64,000 bases of DNA, taken from Bdellovibrionales bacterium (GTDB taxonomy: Archaea; Nanobdellota; Nanobdellia; Woesearchaeales; UBA583). The stretch is taken from NCBI GenBank assembly GCA_964217375.1, contig CAXPJQ010000059.1, positions 11,208-75,207 of the forward strand, given 5' to 3'. The notes beneath the pieces were generated by a model. The model saw only the letters and a program-made list of their open reading frames with translations. It was not told the origin of the DNA and searched no databases. Shown here piece after piece: positions 55,800 through 64,000 of this stretch (position 1 is the first letter of the stretch; each line of letters begins with the position of its first letter). The translations under genes and the position numbers were made by a program.

Positions 55800-57476
55800 A
55801 TGGTATATGTATATAGTAAAAAGTCAGAGTTGAACAAACATTTAAAACAAGAACTAACAACTGAACAAATTAAAGAAACTTTAATTGATCTTGGGATGGA
55901 TTTGAAAGGAGAATCAAGTGATAAAGATCCTGAATTAAAAATTGAAATTACTGCTGAGAAATTAGATATGATTTCAACAATTGGAATTGCAAGAGCAATT
56001 AATTTCCATAGAGGTTTTCTAAAAGAGTTACCTAAATATTCTATTAAAAATTCAAACCTTGAATTAAATGTTAAAGAGAGTGCAAATAAAGTTAGACCTA
56101 AAACTGTTTGTTGTTTAATTAAAAATGCTCCAATGAATGAAGAACTTTTAAATGAAATGATTACAATCCAGGAAAAAATTCATGACTCTTTTGGAAGACA
56201 TAGAAAAAAAGCTGCAATTGGAATTTATCCAATGGAAAAAATTGAATTCCCAGTTACCTTTGCTGCAGAAAAACCTGAAAATATTATTTTTCAACCACTT
56301 GAATCACAAGTAGAATTAAATGGACTTGAAATTTTAGAAAAACACGAAACAGGTAAAAAGTTTGCCCACCTTCTAAAAGATAAAGAATTCTTTCCAGTAT
56401 TTAGAGATAACTCTGGAAAAATCTTATCAATGCCTCCAATTATTAATTCTCATGACACAGGTAGAGTTGAGAGTCATCATAAAGATTTATTTATTGAAGT
56501 CTCAGGCCACAATTTAAATCATTTAGATAACATATTAAAAGTTCTTGCAACAACATTTGTTGAATTTGGATGTGAGGTTGAATCAATTAAAGTTAACTAT
56601 TCAGATAAATCTACTTATGAGTTATCTCTTGATTCTACAACTGATACAATTTCTCTTGAATATGTAAATAAACTAATTGGAGTTAATCTAAAAGAAGATG
56701 AAATAAAAAATCTACTTCCAAAAGTTCAATATCAATGTAAAGCAATTAAAGAGGGTGAAATTATTGTTGAAGTTCCATGTTACAAATCTGATGTATTTTA
56801 TGACTGTGACATAGCTGATGATATTGCAAGAGCATATGGATATAACAATATTATTCCTAAATTCCCAACAATTGATTCCCTAGGTGAGGAACTTGATATT
56901 ACTAATTTTAGAAATCAAATTAGATCTCAATTAGTTTCTTTAGGATTTCTAGAATTATATACATACATGCTCACATCAACTAAAGATCAATTTGAGTTAA
57001 TGAATTTAGAAATTGAAAAAGAAATAATTAAAATCAATGATTCAGCAGAAGAAGGAATTAATATGGTAAGAACATGGATTCTTCCTGAGAATTTAAAATC
57101 TTTAACAATTAATAGAAAAAATAAATATCCTCAAAAAGTTTTTGAATGTGGGTTTACAATTCAAAAAGATAAATCTCAAGAAACAAAAGCAAGAAATGAA
57201 TTACATCTAAGTGTATCAATTGCAGATCCTCAATCTAATTACACAAAAATAAAAGAAATAATTGATACTCTAAATACTTTAAATAACTGGAATTTAAAAT
57301 TTGAAAAATTAAAACATAACTCTTTTATTGAAGGTAGATGTGCAAAAATTATATTTAAAGGTCAAGAAGTTGGATTTCTTGGGGAATTAAATCCTAAAGT
57401 TTTAGAAAATAATAACTTAATTGTACCAATTTCATCATTAGAGTTAAATATTGAAAAAATATTTAATTTGAAATAA
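55800..57476 (+). CDS. pheT: Phenylalanine-tRNA ligase beta subunit (archaeal type)
   Basis: QEKIH..GRHRKKAAIG, LSMPPIINS, DIARAYGYNNI, GELNP; likely ATG at 55800. Confidence 0.95.
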   Translation: MVYVYSKKSELNKHLKQELTTEQIKETLIDLGMDLKGESSDKDPELKIEITAEKLDMISTIGIARAINFHRGFLKELPKYSIKNSNLELNVKESANKVRPKTVCCLIKNAPMNEELLNEMITIQEKIHDSFGRHRKKAAIGIYPMEKIEFPVTFAAEKPENIIFQPLESQVELNGLEILEKHETGKKFAHLLKDKEFFPVFRDNSGKILSMPPIINSHDTGRVESHHKDLFIEVSGHNLNHLDNILKVLATTFVEFGCEVESIKVNYSDKSTYELSLDSTTDTISLEYVNKLIGVNLKEDEIKNLLPKVQYQCKAIKEGEIIVEVPCYKSDVFYDCDIADDIARAYGYNNIIPKFPTIDSLGEELDITNFRNQIRSQLVSLGFLELYTYMLTSTKDQFELMNLEIEKEIIKINDSAEEGINMVRTWILPENLKSLTINRKNKYPQKVFECGFTIQKDKSQETKARNELHLSVSIADPQSNYTKIKEIIDTLNTLNNWNLKFEKLKHNSFIEGRCAKIIFKGQEVGFLGELNPKVLENNNLIVPISSLELNIEKIFNLK

Positions 57477-58910
57477 TTAATCTTTTTTCTTTTTTCCCTT
57501 TTTATTTTCTTGAGTTTTAAGTAATGTAAATGAATGATGTAGCGGCGTTCTAATTTTAACTGATTTAAAAAAATTAATATCTTTATCAATAATATCCTGA
57601 GTAATTCCAATTTGTTTAAAGTAATTATCATTTGAAAATTTAGGCGGAGATATTTTTCCTTCTTGAGATTTAAACCAAGAAATCTGAGCCTTAACATAGT
57701 TATCTTTTAATGGTTCTTCTTGTTTTGAATTCCATTCCTTAATTAAGTCTTCAATTGTTTCATATGTCCAATTAATTGAAGTTAAATAAGTTAAAAGAAG
57801 AAATAACGCTCTTTTTTTTCCATCAACAAAATTATGTTGCAAAGCAAACTGAATTGTCTCTGGGAAATCTTTTAATTCAATAGTTCCATCAATTTCAAAA
57901 ACTTCCCCTCCTGAAGCTAAAATCATTTTCCCCATACTTTCTCTCTTTCTATTTTGTATAATTGATATTTTCTCCTCTAAATCTCCCGAATCAATATATG
58001 ATCCACCCTCTCCTAAAAATGCATCTTCATCGGGTTCTTCAATTAAATGTAAGATTTTATCTCCATCTTTTCCATATTTTAAATCATACTTTAAAAATTC
58101 AAAGTCAACATATTTACTTGGATCTACATTTTGTGGTTTTGCTTCTTCCTTTTCAAATTCCATCATTCTATTTTTATGTACTGGAATTGAAATTAATCCT
58201 GACTTCTCATTAAATGAATAAGGCGCCCTAAATAAATGTCTTGATGTAATTAAAATTGTATCAATTTCAATTACTTTCATAAAATCAAAGTTATGTGACC
58301 CTTCATCTTTATTTACTAATTCTTCCATTTGGATGTCATACTTTTTAGAAACTCCTTCAATACCCCCATCCCTTTCTAAAATTTGTTTTGAGATCTCTCC
58401 TCTTAATTCATACATTAAAAACATTGCAATTTTTTTTGCAACATCTGGAAACATTAATCTTGTTTCATTTAACCCATTATACTTTGAAAAACTCTCAAAA
58501 GGAAGTGCAATGTGAAATCCTTTATTTCCTGAAAATTTCACAGATACATTTTGTATTCCAATTTTTGTAAAGTAATCAATTATAATTTTCCCAACAATTT
58601 GAGAATATTCAAAACAAACTCCATCTAAATCTAAAATCAAATCCCATCCAAGCCTATTATCATCTCTTTCTGAGGGTTTTTTTTCAGAACCTAGAATAAG
58701 TGCATTAAGCCATCTCTCTTCAGAGCAATGAAATGATCTAACTCCTTTATTAATTAATTGCTGTAAATCAAATTTATTTTCTATAACATCAGGTCTTTTC
58801 CCAAAATACCCATCAAACATTACACCAATTTCTCTATCTTTTGCAAAATGTAAAATTCTCTCTTGAATATCTTCTCTTGAGTAAAATTCTTTTGCTAAAG
58901 ATTCATCCAT
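57477..58910 (-). CDS. Fused DNA primase (PriS catalytic domain plus PriL C-terminal-like domain), DPANN type
   Basis: WDLILDLD, KFSGNKGFH, EIDT..RHLFRAPYS; C-terminal DGKKRALF...WN...PL...PP. Confidence 0.88.
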   Translation of the reverse strand: MDESLAKEFYSREDIQERILHFAKDREIGVMFDGYFGKRPDVIENKFDLQQLINKGVRSFHCSEERWLNALILGSEKKPSERDDNRLGWDLILDLDGVCFEYSQIVGKIIIDYFTKIGIQNVSVKFSGNKGFHIALPFESFSKYNGLNETRLMFPDVAKKIAMFLMYELRGEISKQILERDGGIEGVSKKYDIQMEELVNKDEGSHNFDFMKVIEIDTILITSRHLFRAPYSFNEKSGLISIPVHKNRMMEFEKEEAKPQNVDPSKYVDFEFLKYDLKYGKDGDKILHLIEEPDEDAFLGEGGSYIDSGDLEEKISIIQNRKRESMGKMILASGGEVFEIDGTIELKDFPETIQFALQHNFVDGKKRALFLLLTYLTSINWTYETIEDLIKEWNSKQEEPLKDNYVKAQISWFKSQEGKISPPKFSNDNYFKQIGITQDIIDKDINFFKSVKIRTPLHHSFTLLKTQENKKGKKKKD

Positions 58911-59016
58911 TATATAATTATCAAGAAAATATTGTTTAAAAAGTTAATGTCTTATATAAGTAGAAAAAGTTATAAATAAAATAATTTATTTCTTAATTAA
59001 CTCTTCTTAATCTTAA

Positions 59017-59091
59017 GAGCTATTAGCTCAGTCTGGTTAGAGCGACGGACTCTTAATCCGTAGGCCGCGGGTTCAAATCCCGTATAGCTCG
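59017..59091 (+). tRNA. tRNA-Lys (anticodon CUU), no intron, CCA not encoded
   Basis: Acceptor GAGCTAT/ATAGCTC, D arm GCTC/GAGC, anticodon arm ACGGA-CTCTTAA-TCCGT, T arm GCGGG-TTCAAAT-CCCGT, discriminator G. Confidence 0.95.
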
Positions 59092-59092
59092 C

Positions 59093-59100
59093 TTTTTTTT
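59093..59100 (+). terminator. Oligo-T terminator after the tRNA
   Basis: T8 run directly after the tRNA 3' end. Confidence 0.55.
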
Positions 59101-59146
59101 AGTTTCTCAAATAAATTTAAATAATATTAAATATATAACTTTTAAT

Positions 59147-59791
59147 ATGGAAAAAATAATTTTTTTTGACTGGGATGGAACTCTTTGTTCAACTAGAGTC
59201 TCAGAACAAGCAAATGTTAAAAGAACTCAATTTTTCAACTCTCAACTAACTGAGAAAGAATTAATTAAATTACAACATAATAACAATAATAATCACTATA
59301 AATTAATTCAAGAAATAATTTCATCAAAACTTGGAGTTGAAATACCTGAAGTTACAAAGACAATCCAAGCAATTTTATTTGGAAACTTCTACATTCAAGA
59401 ATTTAGAAAAGAAGATTTATTATTTAATGTAGAAGAATTTAAAAAATTTAAAGAAAAAAATAACTTAAAATTTGTAATTGCAACATCTCTATGGGAGGGT
59501 GCAATTAAAGCATCTCTTAAAAAAGCAAACATTGAAAATTTATTTGATGGTGTATATGCATGCCCTCCAGATTTATCTACAAATAAACTTCAAAACTTAG
59601 AAAGAGCAATTAAAAATACACCTGGGACTCCCCTAGTTATGATTGGAGATCGTGGAGAAGATATTAATGCTGGTAAAGAATTTAATTTATCCACTATATT
59701 TTGTAACTATGGACATGGGCAAATTGAAAATGCAACATATTGTATTGAATCTCCAAAAGAACTTTTAGGTGTAACAAAGAAATTAATTTAA
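59147..59791 (+). CDS. HAD family hydrolase
   Basis: FDWDGTL, ATS, MIGDRGEDI..G. Confidence 0.88.
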   Translation: MEKIIFFDWDGTLCSTRVSEQANVKRTQFFNSQLTEKELIKLQHNNNNNHYKLIQEIISSKLGVEIPEVTKTIQAILFGNFYIQEFRKEDLLFNVEEFKKFKEKNNLKFVIATSLWEGAIKASLKKANIENLFDGVYACPPDLSTNKLQNLERAIKNTPGTPLVMIGDRGEDINAGKEFNLSTIFCNYGHGQIENATYCIESPKELLGVTKKLI

Positions 59792-60069
59792 ATTAATTCT
59801 TCATCTGAACCATCATCATTTACTTTATGTAAATGTATACAATTAACTGGACAACTCTCTGCTGCATCCATGTTTGCATCAAAATCTTGAGTTAGAGGTT
59901 CTTGGTTTGTCCCTAAAACTTCTTCCTCTCCATTTCCTGTCTTTGTATGGCCAACAATTGATGACTTCCCATCACTCTCCATTATCCAATATTTTGGACA
60001 AACAGATGCACAAGCTGAACATCCAATACATATATCTCTATCGTGAACTAATTTATATTTATCTACCAT
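59788..60069 (-). CDS. Single-cluster [4Fe-4S] ferredoxin
   Basis: CIGCSACASVCP and AAESCPVNCI. Confidence 0.9.
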   Translation of the reverse strand: MVDKYKLVHDRDICIGCSACASVCPKYWIMESDGKSSIVGHTKTGNGEEEVLGTNQEPLTQDFDANMDAAESCPVNCIHLHKVNDDGSDEELI

Positions 60070-60117
60070 TTTTATTCCTATTAAAAATAATTAAAGTTTA
60101 ATTATAAAATTTATTAT

Positions 60118-60468
60118 TCATTTCAAAATTTCTTTAAAAGACTCAACTCCTAAATCCACGCAATGATTTTTCCCATCAGGCCACACTCCAATTCTATCTT
60201 TAATTAAATCTGAATTTAAAGAATTAATTTTATCAACTTCTTCCCCAATTAAATATTCACAAAAAACTTCAAATGTTGCAACATTTAATGCACATCCATT
60301 TAATTCATATTTTATATCTAAAAATTTATTATCCTTAATTACTACAAACAAAATTACAACATCCCCACATATTTTTGATTTATAATAAATTCTTTTAGAA
60401 TACTCATCTAAGGTTCCACTAAATTTTGGATCATTTAAAAAATTAATAATATTTTGAGTATATGACAT
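60118..60468 (-). CDS. IscU/SufU/NifU-N type Fe-S scaffold
   Basis: P...G, CGD, GCA and HC: three conserved Cys. Confidence 0.82.
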   Translation of the reverse strand: MSYTQNIINFLNDPKFSGTLDEYSKRIYYKSKICGDVVILFVVIKDNKFLDIKYELNGCALNVATFEVFCEYLIGEEVDKINSLNSDLIKDRIGVWPDGKNHCVDLGVESFKEILK

Positions 60469-60502
60469 AATAAAATTAATAAATATTAATTTATATAATT
60501 AA

Positions 60503-61234
60503 TTAGAACTCAAATCCTTTTGATTCAATTCTATCTACTAATTCCATTCCCCCCACTTGAATAATTTTTCCATTTTTCATTACATGTACAAAATCAGGTT
60601 TTAAATATTTCAAAATTTTAGAATGATGTGTTACAAGTAAAATTCCCATATTTGTTTTCTCTTTAATTTTTAAAACTTGAGTTGAGAGTAATTTTAAAGC
60701 ATCCACATCAAGCCCTGAATCTAATTCATCAAGAAGTGCAAAATCAGGTTCAAGTAACGATAATTGTAATATCTCTGATCTTTTTTTCTCTCCCCCTGAA
60801 AATCCTACATTAACTGATCTTGTTCTAAATGATGGATCCATGTTTAATTCTTTCATTTTTTCTTTAATCATTTTATGGAAAGCAGTCATTTTCATTTCTT
60901 CCCCTTTAAATGCATTATATGTTGTTCTTAAAAAATTAACAAAAGTTACACCCTCAATTTCAATTGGACTTTGAAAAGATAAAAATACTCCTTGTTTTGC
61001 TCTCTCATTAACATCTAAATCAATCACACTCTCCCCATCATATAATATCTCTCCAGAAACAACATTATATTTTGGTAAACCTAAAATAGAATTTGAAATT
61101 GTTGACTTTCCTGCTCCATTTGGACCCATTAATACATGTATTTCTCCCTTATTTATTTTCAAGTCAATTCCATGTAAAATTTCTTTATCATCAACATTTA
61201 CTTTAAGTTTTTTAAGTTCAATTGATTTAACCAT
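60503..61234 (-). CDS. sufC: Fe-S cluster assembly ATPase SufC
   Basis: MGPNGAGKST, FQSPIEIEGV, NVGFSGGEKKR, LDELDSGLDVDA. Confidence 0.95.
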   Translation of the reverse strand: MVKSIELKKLKVNVDDKEILHGIDLKINKGEIHVLMGPNGAGKSTISNSILGLPKYNVVSGEILYDGESVIDLDVNERAKQGVFLSFQSPIEIEGVTFVNFLRTTYNAFKGEEMKMTAFHKMIKEKMKELNMDPSFRTRSVNVGFSGGEKKRSEILQLSLLEPDFALLDELDSGLDVDALKLLSTQVLKIKEKTNMGILLVTHHSKILKYLKPDFVHVMKNGKIIQVGGMELVDRIESKGFEF

Positions 61235-61322
61235 AATTAAAATAATACTTTTATATTTATAAAAGTTAACGATTGTTAATAAAACAAAATTATATAAAAA
61301 ATAAATACTCTCAAATAAATAT

Positions 61323-61625
61323 ATGACAAATAAATTAAAAATTCATAACAAAAAAGGAGAGTTTGAACAAGAAATTATTCTCTCAGGTAAAAGATCTCTT
61401 CTTGATGATATGCTTGATAATGGAGCTCAAGTTTTCTTTGGATGTATGGGGGGGTCATGTTCTGCATGTAAATGTAAAATTACAAAAGGAATTGAGTATA
61501 TTGACAAAGAAGCAATGGGTGACCAAAGATATGATGACGTAGGTGATGATGAAATTTTAAGTTGTATTGCAAGAGTTAGACAAGATGTTGATGGTAAAGA
61601 CATTGAATTAAATAAATGTTTATAA
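61323..61625 (+). CDS. [2Fe-2S] ferredoxin
   Basis: GCMGGSCSACKC ... LSC. Confidence 0.9.
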   Translation: MTNKLKIHNKKGEFEQEIILSGKRSLLDDMLDNGAQVFFGCMGGSCSACKCKITKGIEYIDKEAMGDQRYDDVGDDEILSCIARVRQDVDGKDIELNKCL

Positions 61626-61630
61626 AAAAT

Positions 61631-63370
61631 TTATTTATTAAAGAAATAATAAACTTCTCCTCTTTTTGAATATGAATTAAATAATATATTTAAAATGAAA
61701 ATTAAAGTAAATACTCCAACTAAAACTAAAATCTCAAAAATTAAAGAACTAAACCCAACTGAAAATAATAAGACTTTTCTAAGTAGATTCTGCATTGCAA
61801 GATATGGGTTTACATATTCTAAGATATTAACTAAAAAGTTATTTAAAAGTTCTAGAGGCATTATAACACCTGAAGTTAAAAATAAAATAAATAATACAAA
61901 TAATAAAGATAAAAACAGTGACATTTGAGTTTTAACAATTTGTCCAAGGAAAATTCCTATTTGAACAAATACAATTAAAAATAAAAATAATAATAATAAA
62001 ACTACAACTAAATCTATATACATTGATTTAATAAATACAACATAAAATAAAACTGCAATCACTGAAAGTTGTAAATAAAGTAAAAATGTAACTGAGAGTA
62101 CTTGGGAAATTACTACTTTAATTGATGAGGGTGATGCTAAAACATTTCTAATTCTTGACTGTGAAGTTTTTTCTCTATAAGATAATATTGAGGATAAAAA
62201 TAAAGCTAAAATTAAAATTAATGAACCAAATACCATTGGAAATAAAGATGATAAATTTAAATTCTCAGATTTAAATGCATTCTCAATTTTAACATTAACT
62301 GGAGATAATATTTTATCTGAATCTCGAACATCATTTAATCTTGAAGATGCAAGGTTTTGATCAATTTCTAAATTCATTTGATTTAATTCTTGTTTCATTA
62401 AATCAAGATCTGAACTTAATTTTTCTAACTTCTCAATTTGATCCTCTGTTGATTCTCCTAAAAGTTCTTGGGTTCCCTCCAAGTCATCAACTAAAGTTTC
62501 AAGTTCATCAATTAACTGATTTAAATTATAACTATCTCCCCCATATGATTTAATTGTTCTTCTAATTTCAATTAAGTTATCTTCAATGTCTGAGGTTAAC
62601 CTTTTAAGTTGTAAAATTTTTTCTTCAGTTAAATTTGAATTTACAATTAAATTTTCTAAAGTTAAAGTATTATTAAGAGATAAATTAATATCATCTTCAG
62701 TATTTTTAATTAATTTATCTTTTGCATCTTTAATATTTTCAATTCTAGTTTCTAATTTTTCTAAATCTAAATTCTCTGTATTAAAAGCAAGGCTTGATTT
62801 TAAAGATAAAAATTTAATTTCATTTATTAAATCTTGAGTTTGATCTAATTTAGAGATTGTTTCATTATTATGTTTTTTAATTGCTATTAAATAATTTTCC
62901 AAATCAATTGTTGAATTTAAAAAACCATTAATTAAATTTGTTGAGATTTGATATTTACCTCCATCAAGAGATGTCTTTAATATATTTTCAACAACTTCTT
63001 TAACTTGAGTTTTAGAGTTGTCAACTAAAACTTCAATTTCTCTCTCATCTCCAATTTGAATATTTTCAGGGAAAATAATACAACTCTGAGTTCTTGCCTC
63101 TTCAAGTGCAATAAAACATTGCTCCCTTGAATCATATCTTGTAACTAAAAATCCATTTGAATTTAATTCATCTCTAATTTGTAAAAATATAAATGAATCA
63201 TCTGGACTTACAACTCCACTTTGAAAAGAAAAAGAATTTTCATTATAATACATTAAAGTCATTAAAAAAAGTAATATTATTGGTCCAAAAAATAATACAA
63301 AAAAAGATAACTTATTATTAATTAAAATCTTGATATTTTTCTTAAACATTAAAAAAAATTCTTTACCCAT
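61631..63370 (-). CDS. ABC-2 type permease with large extracellular coiled-coil insert (YhgE/Pip-like architecture)
   Basis: N-terminal TM, heptad-rich middle, REK, SGVIMPLE, NPY and five C-terminal TM; likely start MGKEFF at 63370. Confidence 0.78.
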   Translation of the reverse strand: MGKEFFLMFKKNIKILINNKLSFFVLFFGPIILLFLMTLMYYNENSFSFQSGVVSPDDSFIFLQIRDELNSNGFLVTRYDSREQCFIALEEARTQSCIIFPENIQIGDEREIEVLVDNSKTQVKEVVENILKTSLDGGKYQISTNLINGFLNSTIDLENYLIAIKKHNNETISKLDQTQDLINEIKFLSLKSSLAFNTENLDLEKLETRIENIKDAKDKLIKNTEDDINLSLNNTLTLENLIVNSNLTEEKILQLKRLTSDIEDNLIEIRRTIKSYGGDSYNLNQLIDELETLVDDLEGTQELLGESTEDQIEKLEKLSSDLDLMKQELNQMNLEIDQNLASSRLNDVRDSDKILSPVNVKIENAFKSENLNLSSLFPMVFGSLILILALFLSSILSYREKTSQSRIRNVLASPSSIKVVISQVLSVTFLLYLQLSVIAVLFYVVFIKSMYIDLVVVLLLLFLFLIVFVQIGIFLGQIVKTQMSLFLSLLFVLFILFLTSGVIMPLELLNNFLVNILEYVNPYLAMQNLLRKVLLFSVGFSSLIFEILVLVGVFTLIFILNILFNSYSKRGEVYYFFNK

Positions 63371-64000
63371 TTTTAATAAACCTCTTGAAATGACTTTGAA
63401 CTTGTTTTGGATTCTCAATTATATCAATTTTTGAATTATTTAACATTAAAACCCTATTACATATCTTTTCAACTTCTTCTAAATTATGACTCACAAAAAT
63501 TACACTAACTCCATCTTTATTAATTTCTTTAATGTAATCAAGAAGCTCATCTCTTAATTTAAAATCTAAATTTGCAGTTGGTTCATCTAAAATTAAAATC
63601 TTTGGAGAATGTATTAATGAACATGCTAAATCTAATCTTTTTTTTTGCCCCTCAGATAAAGAAATTGATAAATTATTTCCAACCCTCTCAAGTTCAAACT
63701 TTTTAAGTAAATCTTTAATTCTTTGATTTAATTTCTCAATTTCAATGTTATAGAGTGTTCCAAAATATTCGAGGTTATCTTTTAGTGAGAGTTCATCATA
63801 AAATGAATGGTTTTGTGAAGAATATCCAAGTAAATTTTTTCTCTCTTTAACAAAAGCTGAACCAAACGAATGAGAATTAAATTTTATTTTCCCCTCATCT
63901 TTTTTTTCAAGACCACAAATTAAATTTAATAATGTTGATTTTCCTTGTCCTGAAAATCCAACAATTCCTAAAATTTCTCCCTCAAATAACTCAAAAGAAA
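63363..64000 (-). CDS. ABC transporter ATP-binding protein (5' truncated by window edge; absent from the ORF track)
   Basis: Hand translation gives GFSGQGKST, SEGQKKRLDLACSL, ILDEPT, VSH; stop at 63363-63365. Confidence 0.9.
   Translation of the reverse strand, partial: SFELFEGEILGIVGFSGQGKSTLLNLICGLEKKDEGKIKFNSHSFGSAFVKERKNLLGYSSQNHSFYDELSLKDNLEYFGTLYNIEIEKLNQRIKDLLKKFELERVGNNLSISLSEGQKKRLDLACSLIHSPKILILDEPTANLDFKLRDELLDYIKEINKDGVSVIFVSHNLEEVEKICNRVLMLNNSKIDIIENPKQVQSHFKRFIKNG

Noticed and set aside
59017..59091. tRNA-Lys as an integration site for the accessory island
   Set aside because: I saw no duplicate of the tRNA 3' end and no integrase; the tRNA is flanked by housekeeping genes
229..62837. 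Short antisense or overlapping ORFs in the track (e.g. 229-540, 4001-4321, 17106-17324, 20203-20421, 35876-36148, 57362-57697, 62586-62837)
   Set aside because: They are shadows of confidently assigned genes and have no motifs of their own

Overview
Very AT-rich, gene-dense archaeal chromosome segment, most consistent with a DPANN (Woesearchaeota/Nanoarchaeota-like) lineage: archaeal LonB, TrmY, Bud32, aIF5B, FtsZ, ScpA/ScpB, PheS/PheT, a fused PriS-PriL primase, a stand-alone C-terminal half of AlaRS, eL41 and a tRNA-Lys(CUU). Housekeeping blocks (about 1-30 kb and 54-64 kb) flank an accessory region of about 24 kb (30.2-54.2 kb). The most striking feature is an ABC-2 type exporter with one ATPase and one copy of the first permease subunit, but ten divergent copies of the second permease subunit, seven of them in tandem. 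Their bodies are highly diverged, but their 3' ends and junctions (GLKKYEA[F/Y]G-stop-ATG) are identical at DNA level over 32-64 nt between neighbouring copies, which suggests a cassette-like, recombining repertoire of interchangeable subunits. The same island holds a chain of resistance-type enzyme genes coupled by ATGA overlaps, an inserted YhcG-like nuclease, two double-Lrp regulators and several orphans. Also notable are an apparently catalytically dead IleRS-derived protein (149-2092), a primase whose PriL-like domain has no cysteines, and a HAD gene with an in-frame stop. All calls come from reading motifs by eye; no searches were run.
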